From positions 64,001 to 128,000 of IMG/VR virus record IMGVR_UViG_3300021425_002093: a DNA stretch of 64,000 nt. One strand, given 5' to 3'. Below are positions 1 to 7,675 of this stretch, one piece after another (position 1 is the first letter of the stretch; every line of letters starts with the position of its first letter). The notes beneath the pieces are model-generated. The model saw only the letters and a list, made by a program, of their open reading frames with translations. It was not told the DNA's origin and did not search any database. Position numbers and translations under genes: made by a program. This DNA is from a virus.

Positions 1-260
1 TTATCACTTTTCTTTATCCACTTAGAAAATCTCTTTCTAGGTCTAATACTATTTAGTAAAAATTCGAATTGTGGACGATTATCCAGATCGCTATACATGT
101 TCATAAGATTAGCATGTAAAACGGTGTCCGGAAAGTAAGACAGTGCGTTGTTTGAAAGCCATGGCTCATAGCCACGTTCAGCAAGTGTGTCGTTTTCAGT
201 ATCACGCATTAAATTTTTCTTCGAATGCGTGATCGAGTTCACATAATCAAAAGGATTCAT
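1..260 (-). CDS. gp62: Clamp loader small subunit (T4 gp62-like), 3' end outside the window
   Basis: Not in the ORF track. Manual translation from ATG at 260 gives MNPFDYVNSITHSKKNLMRD...YEPWLSNNALSYFPDTVLHANLMN...QFEFLLNSIRPRKRFSKWIK, the typical gp62 pattern. ATGA overlap with the upstream gene; downstream of gp44. Confidence 0.9.
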   Translation of the reverse strand, partial: MNPFDYVNSITHSKKNLMRDTENDTLAERGYEPWLSNNALSYFPDTVLHANLMNMYSDLDNRPQFEFLLNSIRPRKRFSKWIKKSD

Positions 261-1084
261 TCCATCACCATAATTTGTTGTTCGCTCACTAACGGATTCA
301 TTGAGTTGTCCGTCTTCAACTTTTTTTTTACTTCGGGTTTAGCAATGATATCACGTTTGAACATTGCTGTCGATACTATCAATAGTATAATCGCCAAGGG
401 GTCGAAAACAAACACAAGTAAAAGAATAACGAAACGAACCGCATTATCGATGTCATAGTTCTCTCCGTAAATTAGTTCTGCTATGTATTTGATTGGGCCG
501 ATTTCTGCTTCAAGTTCAAGAGTTTGTTTCTGCAGGGGCAGAAGTTGTTCTTGGAATCCTGCAATCTGATCATACGCCAATCCGATTGTTCTGTTGAGTT
601 CTGTCCTTTCCTCTGCTTGCGCCTTCCGAACCGCAATTGCTCCATCAGGTCCTCTAATTCGGTCATAGTCTTGCAGTATTTCAACCGCAGAGTCGAGTTG
701 CGCCAAGACCGTTTCGGAGTCATCGATGATCGATTGCTGTCTTTCAATCTTTCTCTCGAGGCCGCTGATAAGTAATTCATTATTACCACCTTGATTTATT
801 GTCTGCTCTAAGTGAGCCTTCGATAGATATCCAAAGATACCCATTGAAGTGATAATCATCAGGACAAATACTGCTGATATTAGATAAGTCCTAATCCATG
901 TACTTATATCTTTCCACTCTAGATGAAGATATGCGGCAGTAACAAGTTTACCTATCTCTAGCACTGTCGCCATAATAACAACAGCCCAGAAAGCACCAGC
1001 AAAGATTGTAGACAATCCAATGATAGAGAAGTATCCCGCTACTGCCGCTATCGCAATAGCTGTAAGCAGAGTTACATACTTCAT
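257..1084 (-). CDS. Membrane protein: three N-terminal TM helices, coiled coil, C-terminal TM helix
   Basis: Hydrophobic stretches at the N-terminus and at FVILLLVFVFDPLAIILLIV; heptad-rich middle region. Overlaps both neighbours by ATGA. Confidence 0.75.
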   Translation of the reverse strand: MKYVTLLTAIAIAAVAGYFSIIGLSTIFAGAFWAVVIMATVLEIGKLVTAAYLHLEWKDISTWIRTYLISAVFVLMIITSMGIFGYLSKAHLEQTINQGGNNELLISGLERKIERQQSIIDDSETVLAQLDSAVEILQDYDRIRGPDGAIAVRKAQAEERTELNRTIGLAYDQIAGFQEQLLPLQKQTLELEAEIGPIKYIAELIYGENYDIDNAVRFVILLLVFVFDPLAIILLIVSTAMFKRDIIAKPEVKKKLKTDNSMNPLVSEQQIMVME

Positions 1085-1293
1085 ATATCAATGAAAGCGG
1101 ACGGATCTGTATTGCTATCAAATGCGGCTTCATCAAAATCTTTTGCACACTCAGTACAAAGATAAAGATTATCATAGCCATCTAGACACCTATATTGGAC
1201 TATGACATACTCACTCGTGGGATCGAGTTTTGTTCTACACAAAAGACAGTGTATTCCAAAGATCCAGCTTTTTATCTTAGCCCATATGCCCAT
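1081..1293 (-). CDS. Small putative zinc-finger protein
   Basis: CLLC...CTEC pairs; abuts the gp44 stop and overlaps the next gene. Confidence 0.6.
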   Translation of the reverse strand: MGIWAKIKSWIFGIHCLLCRTKLDPTSEYVIVQYRCLDGYDNLYLCTECAKDFDEAAFDSNTDPSAFIDI

Positions 1294-2235
1294 TCATTTC
1301 CACTCCATCTCCGCCATAAGAGTTGCGAGAGCCGCTACTCTATTTATCTCGGAGTTTGCAACGAACGCTTCTTTGTACTGATACTCAGCGAGAATCACAA
1401 TTGCGTCAGCTACATTTTGAGTAGACTTGAGTTTGCTGGGTAGCACATCATAGAGTTGGCGGTAGAGTACCGCTGACTCAACATGAGAATTCTCAGCAAC
1501 CCACTTACGAACATCTGTGAAGTTTCTTTCACGCATCCTACTAATCAGGTCATCAATAGACTCGCCTGAAGTTGATACTAATATACCAGCATCAATACGG
1601 CCAGTAGCAGAATAACGCTGTAGTTCATTAAGGACTCGACGCCAATCAGGAAAATAAGTTTTGATAAGTTCAGCAACAGATTTTTCATCATATTCAAGAT
1701 CCTCAGTTTCCAGTATTTTACAGCATCGCTTAAAAAACTGTCCGGCGAGTTTGGTTTTATCAGCACCAGTTACATTGAATTCAACTACACTACAACGAGA
1801 GTGTAAAGGCTCAATGATACGGTTCTTAAAGTTACAAGTTAGGATAAAGCCGCAGTTTTTTGAAAACTCTTCCATAAAGTTTCTAAGTGCAGGCTGAGTA
1901 GAGTTTGCATTCAGATAGTCAGCTTCGTCTAGAATGACATACTTGCGGCCGCCGGAAAAAGAAACACTAGAAGCAAAGTTAGCGATTTCAACACGTAGAG
2001 TATCGATGTTACCATTCATCGAACCGTTGATTGTAATATAGTCAGCGCCAATCTCTTCAAGCATAGCTTTGGCCACAGTAGTCTTGCCAATACCAGCACG
2101 ACCAGTCAATAGAAGATTGGGCACATTATTTTGATCGACAAATTGCTGAAATGTTTTTTTCAGAGAGTCGGGTAAGATAGTATCTTGAATTGTTTTAGGT
2201 CGATATCGTTCAACCCAAATAAAGTTGTCTTGCAT
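1294..2235 (-). CDS. gp44: Clamp loader large subunit, AAA+ ATPase
   Basis: WVERYRP, Walker A GRAGIGKTT, Walker B ILDEAD, SRC motif (PLHSRC), FPDWRR. Confidence 0.97.
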   Translation of the reverse strand: MQDNFIWVERYRPKTIQDTILPDSLKKTFQQFVDQNNVPNLLLTGRAGIGKTTVAKAMLEEIGADYITINGSMNGNIDTLRVEIANFASSVSFSGGRKYVILDEADYLNANSTQPALRNFMEEFSKNCGFILTCNFKNRIIEPLHSRCSVVEFNVTGADKTKLAGQFFKRCCKILETEDLEYDEKSVAELIKTYFPDWRRVLNELQRYSATGRIDAGILVSTSGESIDDLISRMRERNFTDVRKWVAENSHVESAVLYRQLYDVLPSKLKSTQNVADAIVILAEYQYKEAFVANSEINRVAALATLMAEMEWK

Positions 2236-2254
2236 TTGTCACCCCATCATATTG

Positions 2255-2325
2255 TAAAAGAACCCCCAAGCTCATTCCGAAGACATGAGATGGGGGCCGT
2301 GTTATCATTCCCAAGTTGATTGGGA
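2255..2325 (-). terminator. Two tandem hairpins; the second has a cUUCGg loop and U-rich tail (terminator or attenuator upstream of gp44)
   Basis: Minus strand: UCCCAA-ucaac-UUGGGA (2309-2325), then CCCCCA-u-CUCAU-g-UC-UUCG-GA-AUGAG-cu-UGGGGG-UUCUUUU (2263-2296). Confidence 0.65.
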
Positions 2326-2330
2326 GAGGA

Positions 2331-2606
2331 TCATGCAGCTTCGGCTTGTTGAGCCTCCTGTTGCGCTTGCGCTTGCTGGACAAATGCTTGCAAACGATCT
2401 CGCACTTGACCAACTGAAGACATTTCTTCACCACGGATTGCTCCACGTGTTACAAAAACGTCAATGATTTGTACAGCGGCCGCAAGGTCAGCAAACGACA
2501 GTTGTACAGGTTCACCTTCTGGAGCACCGGGTGCGGGGGGTACATCCATCTCAGGCATGGTGGGTGCTTCAGCTACAGCTTCAGCGGTGGTTACGTCTTC
2601 ACTCAT
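2331..2606 (-). CDS. Small hypothetical protein of a type common in T4-like phages
   Basis: SD GGAG; helical core LSFADLAAAVQIIDVFVTRGAIRGEEMSSVG. Confidence 0.75.
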   Translation of the reverse strand: MSEDVTTAEAVAEAPTMPEMDVPPAPGAPEGEPVQLSFADLAAAVQIIDVFVTRGAIRGEEMSSVGQVRDRLQAFVQQAQAQQEAQQAEAA

Positions 2607-2617
2607 AGTCTATCTCC

Positions 2618-4309
2618 TTAAGGGTTTGAGTCATCAACATAATCTACTGTAGTCCAGTAGGTCACATTACTTATATAACTTGTATCTTCTCCGTCAGTCT
2701 CTACTAGGTCCGCTGGATCATTCGGACGTGGATTCGCATTACCCGGTGCGCCAGGGCCAGTAGTATCGTAATCAGCTTCATATGTTTCGCTGTATCCATT
2801 GTTCAAAGCTTCAGCAAGTTCTTCAGCAGGAGTTGGCGCAACATACGTGTATGTACCAGTTCCGCCACTTCCACTTAGATCATTGGCCATGGCTACTAGT
2901 TTTGCATCTCGAAGAGCAAACTTTGCATCTTCAAGCTTTTCATCATTTTCCTGTATATCTAGAGTCTTTTGCTCTTCATACGCCTCGATGTCAGTTTCGA
3001 ATTGTTCGACCTGAGAATTAAATGACGAAATATTTGAATCAAATTCACTTTGATTGTATGTTATATTAACATAAGTTAGCTCACCTGTCAATTGCATTCT
3101 TTCAAATAGGCTCGAAAGAATCAATTCGTAGTCGATCCCAGAAAGTATCTTAGAGAAGAAACTTGCATCAACATAAAACGTAAAGTCATTTACAAACGGA
3201 GTGCCTGGTGCAGGTAAAGTCATTGTCCACTGATCTGATAGTACAGCGCTATCTTTCGCTAGATTAAACGTTACTGTGTTTCCACCAGTAAGACCTCGGA
3301 TTCCTATTTGCAAAGAAGGAAGTTCAGTAACGCTATTTGGATTTGTAGCGTTGTAGTCATCAACAGCTTGAGTGTAGTCGTTAACGGCTTGAGTGTACTG
3401 CTCAGACTTAAATTGAAGACTACTTAGATCTAAACCACTTTCGTTTTCAACTGGAGTAAGTTCAAACGATCCAGAAAAATCGAACTCCGCAGTGACACCT
3501 GATACTGCGCTATCGAGACCTTGCTGGCTTTCTGCTATTTGATATTGACTAACAGCGTTGTTAATCCTGTCAATATCGTTGTTCGTCAGCGTTACAGTAA
3601 CATCTTCGTCAGATGAAATATCTAATTGAGATACATCTGGTTGTGCTGGAATGTCTGCAGCATTTCCATACGGAAACGAGGCTATCTTTGCAGACGATCC
3701 AGATTGGATTTCTGTTATATCAAATTTACTTTGTGGATTAGAAAAAGTGACGAACGGAAGTTCGAAAAGAGTAAACTTTGCCAATAGACCGTTTATATCT
3801 CCCAATGGAGCAAGACTAGCAAACTGTATGGGGATGTTTGCTTGAGCGCTTATTGAGCCGTTAGAGCTATTAGATAGCAAATAGTTTGACGGATACTCAA
3901 TCACTCTTTGTATCGTCAACTCAGTATTTGTAATGTTTTGATTGTCGTTAACTGTGCCAGTATATGTAAGTCCTATGACGTAATTTCCACCTGGCGTTAA
4001 CGATGTAACTTCCCATCGACCGTCGAGGTTGGAATCTCCAACACCACTGATATCAATAAAATTATTGACTTCGAGACGATTAAAGAAATTGAGATAGTCT
4101 GCTGACGGGACTGGAGATACAGCATTGTTCCACTGTAGATTATCAGATCCAATAGTGTTAAGAACAACTCCATTAGAAACGAGCAAGCCCTTTTCATTAG
4201 AGTCGTCTAAAAATAGGTCGAAGTTATTTACGGGATCAAAAAAGATTCCGGAATCTAACTCAGAAAAAGCTTGCAGAATTTCTGTGGTTTCTGTAGTAAA
4301 CTGTGGCAT
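2618..4309 (-). CDS. Divergent sliding-clamp (gp45) paralog with three large insertions; very acidic
   Basis: Colinear blocks align by eye to the gp45 at 6963-7613 from first to last residue (see findings). Preceded by a late-promoter-like ATAAATAGTA. Confidence 0.7.
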   Translation of the reverse strand: MPQFTTETTEILQAFSELDSGIFFDPVNNFDLFLDDSNEKGLLVSNGVVLNTIGSDNLQWNNAVSPVPSADYLNFFNRLEVNNFIDISGVGDSNLDGRWEVTSLTPGGNYVIGLTYTGTVNDNQNITNTELTIQRVIEYPSNYLLSNSSNGSISAQANIPIQFASLAPLGDINGLLAKFTLFELPFVTFSNPQSKFDITEIQSGSSAKIASFPYGNAADIPAQPDVSQLDISSDEDVTVTLTNNDIDRINNAVSQYQIAESQQGLDSAVSGVTAEFDFSGSFELTPVENESGLDLSSLQFKSEQYTQAVNDYTQAVDDYNATNPNSVTELPSLQIGIRGLTGGNTVTFNLAKDSAVLSDQWTMTLPAPGTPFVNDFTFYVDASFFSKILSGIDYELILSSLFERMQLTGELTYVNITYNQSEFDSNISSFNSQVEQFETDIEAYEEQKTLDIQENDEKLEDAKFALRDAKLVAMANDLSGSGGTGTYTYVAPTPAEELAEALNNGYSETYEADYDTTGPGAPGNANPRPNDPADLVETDGEDTSYISNVTYWTTVDYVDDSNP

Positions 4310-4335
4310 GATCTACTCTATGACTAATTACACTG

Positions 4336-4346
4336 TACTATTTATT
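4336..4346 (-). promoter_or_regulatory. Late (gp55-type) promoter-like motif upstream of the gp45 paralog
   Basis: aATAAATAGTA overlapping the upstream stop codon. The same 10-mer ATAAATAGTA occurs at the late promoters at 16642, 18053, 29033 and 31988. Confidence 0.6.
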
Positions 4347-4988
4347 ACTTTTATTTGAGTGCTGATCAGCAAGCGCAAGTTGATCTTCAATCCACCTAGC
4401 ACATTCTTTAGCAGTCATTGTAGGACTGATAAGAGGCGTTCTATCGTCTTTTCCGATTCCACGAATGACAGATGCAGACAACATCATAGCACTAGCCATG
4501 ATCATACAGACCTGATGTAAGCCAGATCCGTCTTCAGCATCATCGTGATCTATGCCTCGCTCGAAGTCATCGATATGTCGTTTGAGGCTATCGATCATCT
4601 GTTGCCATGGAAGTCCCTTCTCCCAATTTCTAGACTCATACTTCTTAGCGCCGTATTCAAAAGATGCGGCTGCTGCAGCAAGTGCTTCTAGCGGAAGGAA
4701 TCTCATGTACGGGACACCGAGTGCTTCTCTTGTTCCGCCTACTTCAGCATCAATCTCAATGTCTTCTGTCATATCCAGCAAATGACTTTCTTGCATCAAG
4801 TCATCTATGTAAGAGGCTGGAGCGGGGTCTACTAGTTCACAGTCGGATGCTAAAATGAAATTGAGATAGCCGTCAGATGATCGACAAGAATACTCTCCAT
4901 TCTGCAAGTCAAATACTTCCCAGTTCTCACCAACCTTAGAAGAATACCATCTGGATCTATCAGGACATTGCGTTATCTTTACTATCAT
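4338..4988 (-). CDS. dATP/dGTP diphosphohydrolase-like protein (DUF5664-type) with an extra N-terminal beta domain
   Basis: FLPLEAL...FEYGAKKYESRNWEKGLPW...DSLKRH...D.DGSGLHQV is the characteristic motif set. Confidence 0.8.
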   Translation of the reverse strand: MIVKITQCPDRSRWYSSKVGENWEVFDLQNGEYSCRSSDGYLNFILASDCELVDPAPASYIDDLMQESHLLDMTEDIEIDAEVGGTREALGVPYMRFLPLEALAAAAASFEYGAKKYESRNWEKGLPWQQMIDSLKRHIDDFERGIDHDDAEDGSGLHQVCMIMASAMMLSASVIRGIGKDDRTPLISPTMTAKECARWIEDQLALADQHSNKSNK

Positions 4989-5221
4989 ATGCTCTTCAAC
5001 TTTATCATTAAACTATCGTCCGAATAGTTTCCAGTGTTACACCACTTTCGAAACGCATCGCACGATAAAAGGTTTGCTTTACATTCAGCGCTTCGCTCAC
5101 AAGGAATGCAGGGACACTCTCGTGCATTGCTCGGTCCGAGATTTTGCTCTTCAGAGGAAGAATACTCTCCCGGCATTCCCTTGCCGTTTAAAGCTTCAGC
5201 GTCATACCATAGTATATCCAT
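4985..5221 (-). CDS. Small Cys-rich hypothetical protein
   Basis: CPCIPC.....C......CDAFRKWC; SD AGGAG; overlaps the next gene. Confidence 0.65.
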   Translation of the reverse strand: MDILWYDAEALNGKGMPGEYSSSEEQNLGPSNARECPCIPCERSAECKANLLSCDAFRKWCNTGNYSDDSLMIKLKSI

Positions 5222-5250
5222 AAACTACTCCTATTGTCAAGAATAAAAAG

Positions 5251-5308
5251 GATGGAACTCGCACCACATAGCAATTAGTAGCAATTTTCGAAAGTACATC
5301 ATTCCATC
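5251..5308 (-). other. Intergenic stem-enclosed element (possible terminator or structured RNA)
   Basis: GATGGAA...TTCCATC 7-bp inverted repeat encloses 44 nt containing the direct repeat TAGCAATT twice; followed on the minus strand by CUUUUU. Confidence 0.4.
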
Positions 5309-5313
5309 AAAAC

Positions 5314-5529
5314 TTAAACTTCGAGAATCACAAAATCCCCAAAGTATGAATCAAAAACTGAGATGAGATGATCATAATCACCATCCATCATCTCTTCTCG
5401 AATGGGTGTAAAGTCGAGACCCAGCTTATGACTAAGATCCCTAGCACACTGAATCAGTACAAAAGCATTTCCATTTGGCCCCGTCAGATCAATGACGATT
5501 GGGGAATTGATCTGCTTTTTACGGATCAT
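5314..5529 (-). CDS. Small conserved phage hypothetical protein
   Basis: IDLTGPNGNAFVL...MMDGDYDHLISVF pattern; coupled to the upstream stop. Confidence 0.75.
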   Translation of the reverse strand: MIRKKQINSPIVIDLTGPNGNAFVLIQCARDLSHKLGLDFTPIREEMMDGDYDHLISVFDSYFGDFVILEV

Positions 5530-5831
5530 TACAAAGGCTCCTTACGCACTTCTTTAGTTAGATTCTCGACACGACCGTCAAAGTCAGTGAAACCCATCTC
5601 AAACGGAACGTGAATCTTGACACCTTCACGACTACCGTTGGTGTCATACTGACAGTGGATGGTGTAACCATCACAGATGTAGACTTCACGACCTTCTTCA
5701 ATCTCAACAAAGATCGGACCTTTCTTCTCAACCCAACCACTGACATAAGTGTCAGGACGATCAGGTATTGGCTCAAAGTCGTAAGCACGAATCAGATCGC
5801 CAATCTCAGCAACATTTTCAAACTTTAGCAT
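5529..5831 (-). CDS. Hypothetical early-type protein
   Basis: Strong SD AGGAGG; IGDLIRAYDF N-terminus, beta-rich. Confidence 0.75.
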   Translation of the reverse strand: MLKFENVAEIGDLIRAYDFEPIPDRPDTYVSGWVEKKGPIFVEIEEGREVYICDGYTIHCQYDTNGSREGVKIHVPFEMGFTDFDGRVENLTKEVRKEPL

Positions 5832-5839
5832 AGCACCTC

Positions 5840-6190
5840 CTAAGCAGGTAAAACATCAATGTCGATGTAGTGACTACAGTGAAAGTAGTCAATCATCGAG
5901 TCGCTCTCATCGAAGTAGTCATCACCGTACATAGCAGCCGTCAACTTCTTCAGCATCTCAACAACTTTAGGACAGTCATACTGATTTTGAAAATGATAAG
6001 GGTTGATTGAAATGCCCCATCTTTTCTGATATTCATCTTTGAACTCAAACATTCCAGCAACATCCTTCAGCTTGAGGACGAGTGTAGAGTGATGTCGAAC
6101 GCTCAGGCTGCCCTTCTGACCGTACTCTTTCAAGATCGCTTTGATCTTGGGTGCACGTTCTGCTTTTCGCTCTTGATTCATATAAGCCAT
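5840..6190 (-). CDS. Hypothetical early-type protein
   Basis: SD GAGGTG; MAYMNQERKA...SLSVRHHSTL...INPYH...DYFDESDSMIDYFH..HYIDI. Confidence 0.8.
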   Translation of the reverse strand: MAYMNQERKAERAPKIKAILKEYGQKGSLSVRHHSTLVLKLKDVAGMFEFKDEYQKRWGISINPYHFQNQYDCPKVVEMLKKLTAAMYGDDYFDESDSMIDYFHCSHYIDIDVLPA

Positions 6191-6191
6191 A

Positions 6192-6455
6192 TTACTTCAC
6201 CTCTCCAAATGATTCCATCCAAGTCTCGGACATTTTCCAGTACAATCCAATGGGAGATCCGTTTACCGAGCGCCAGCCGGGCATACGGATTTCTTTGATG
6301 TTGTACCAGTCAGACGAATCGTCATCCCAGTTAATCAGAACTTGACGCTCCCACACGCCGGGGCACACACGTGTTCCCGCAATGACGCCAACAGAAGGTG
6401 GGATCATCGCACCCCAGTCCGCTTCTACTTGACGACCGATCACTGAATCTTGCAT
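6192..6455 (-). CDS. Hypothetical early-type protein
   Basis: First gene after the sigma70-type promoter at 6485-6513; WGAMIP and SPIGLY motifs. Confidence 0.7.
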   Translation of the reverse strand: MQDSVIGRQVEADWGAMIPPSVGVIAGTRVCPGVWERQVLINWDDDSSDWYNIKEIRMPGWRSVNGSPIGLYWKMSETWMESFGEVK

Positions 6456-6484
6456 ATCAATCTCTCATCTCAAATTACGGAGTA

Positions 6485-6568
6485 ATTATCTCATAGATTG
6501 GGGTAATTTGCAAGCTGTAAGCTATTGATTTATAACGTGTTTTATTTGTTAATAAAATCAATGACTTA
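6485..6568 (-). promoter_or_regulatory. Sigma70-type early promoter with two upstream inverted IHF-consensus-like boxes
   Basis: TTGCAA(6513-6508)-N17-GATAAT(6490-6485). AATCAAtagcTTA (6530-6518, minus) and AATCAAtgacTTA (6556-6568, plus) both match WATCAANNNNTTR. Confidence 0.7.
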
Positions 6569-6604
6569 GGAGTGAAAATATTGAACATTTTTTAGACTTT
6601 TTTG

Positions 6605-6904
6605 TTATTTGCCTATGTGTTCTATATTCTCTTTGGATATAACTTGATACGCTCCCTTGTTGTAAGCGGGAGCTACAGTATAGCCGGAGCTAATCTCAAG
6701 TTTTTCTTCACGAGAAAGCGAGGAATATTCCTCGTGGGAAGATTTGGAATCTGCTGAAGGATAGTATGGTGTTTCTCTATAGTACACTGGTTCAGCTTTC
6801 AGTTCTACGAACGGGGCTTTAGTTTTCCGAGCAGTTTTCCAGTGATTAGTTTTCTTCTTGCGTCCTGTTGATGTATGACGCATAGAACCATAGAGCATTC
6901 CCAT
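6605..6904 (-). CDS. Basic hypothetical protein
   Basis: SD GGAGG; C-terminal YTVAPAYNKGAYQVI motif; has its own promoter. Confidence 0.8.
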   Translation of the reverse strand: MGMLYGSMRHTSTGRKKKTNHWKTARKTKAPFVELKAEPVYYRETPYYPSADSKSSHEEYSSLSREEKLEISSGYTVAPAYNKGAYQVISKENIEHIGK

Positions 6905-6931
6905 ATCTATCCTCCGCAGATTAATGACACA

Positions 6932-6960
6932 ATTCTAGCATAAGAAAAGCTAGTAGTCAA
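6932..6960 (-). promoter_or_regulatory. Sigma70-type promoter
   Basis: TTGACT-N17-TAGAAT with TGn extension. Confidence 0.75.
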
Positions 6961-6962
6961 GG

Positions 6963-7613
6963 CTACCGAGATTCGATTGCGATCCAGTAGTTGACTCCAT
7001 TAGAACGGAAGTGTGCCATTCCCTTGGTCGAAAGGGCTACCTGGTAGTCTTGCTCCAGCAGTTTGAGATAGTCTGTTTTGATAATCATATCAAATGGCTC
7101 AAACGTTTCGTCGGGTGCGGAGATAATGCTGAAAGTATCCGCTGTAGAGTTTTTGCTATCGACGGCTGAAAGTAAGACACCTCGACCAGAACTAGAGAAA
7201 GAAATCTCAGGAAGTCCAAGGACAGCTGCAGCGTCTCGAACCTTCTTGATTTCTTCCCAAGTGATGTTGATGTCAGCAACAATATCAGGAACATTAATAT
7301 CCTTATCGGGTGGAGAAACAATCATGTTCTCTGAAGTGTACGTATACTTAACAGTACTCTTCGCATCACCGATGACAAACTGAGTTTCCTCAAGTGCAAT
7401 CTCCGGCTCATCAAACAAGGAAAGGGTTGCCAGAAAACGACCGAGATTGTATACGCCGACTGACTTCTCGAATGATTCGTCGATTTCGGCTGCAGCCATG
7501 ACTGTCTTCTGGGGCGAGATAGTTCTCAAGACACTTCCAGATCGAAACATAATACTGGGATTGATCTGAGAGAAATTTTTAAGTACTGAAATTGTATTGT
7601 CACTAAATTGCAT
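6963..7613 (-). CDS. gp45: DNA polymerase sliding clamp
   Basis: MQFSDNTISVLKNFSQINPSI...GVYNLGRFL..LSLF...YWIAIE. Start placed at ATG 7613 (SD AAAGGA) rather than 7634. Confidence 0.95.
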   Translation of the reverse strand: MQFSDNTISVLKNFSQINPSIMFRSGSVLRTISPQKTVMAAAEIDESFEKSVGVYNLGRFLATLSLFDEPEIALEETQFVIGDAKSTVKYTYTSENMIVSPPDKDINVPDIVADINITWEEIKKVRDAAAVLGLPEISFSSSGRGVLLSAVDSKNSTADTFSIISAPDETFEPFDMIIKTDYLKLLEQDYQVALSTKGMAHFRSNGVNYWIAIESR

Positions 7614-7646
7614 AAGATATAATCCTTTTTTCAAGATTTAAAAGAG

Positions 7647-7675
7647 AGTTTATCACAAAAATCACTTGATGGCAA
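7647..7675 (-). promoter_or_regulatory. Sigma70-type promoter for gp45
   Basis: TTGCCA-N17-TAAACT with TGn extension. Confidence 0.6.

Noticed and set aside
2210-2446. 78-aa minus-strand ORF bridging the 91-aa gene and gp44
   Set aside because: It overlaps both genes out of frame and spans the hairpin element; the RNA structure explains the region better.
7614-7634. N-terminal extension MKKGLYL on gp45 in the ORF track
   Set aside because: It contains the SD for the ATG at 7613, and gp45 similarity begins at MQFS.
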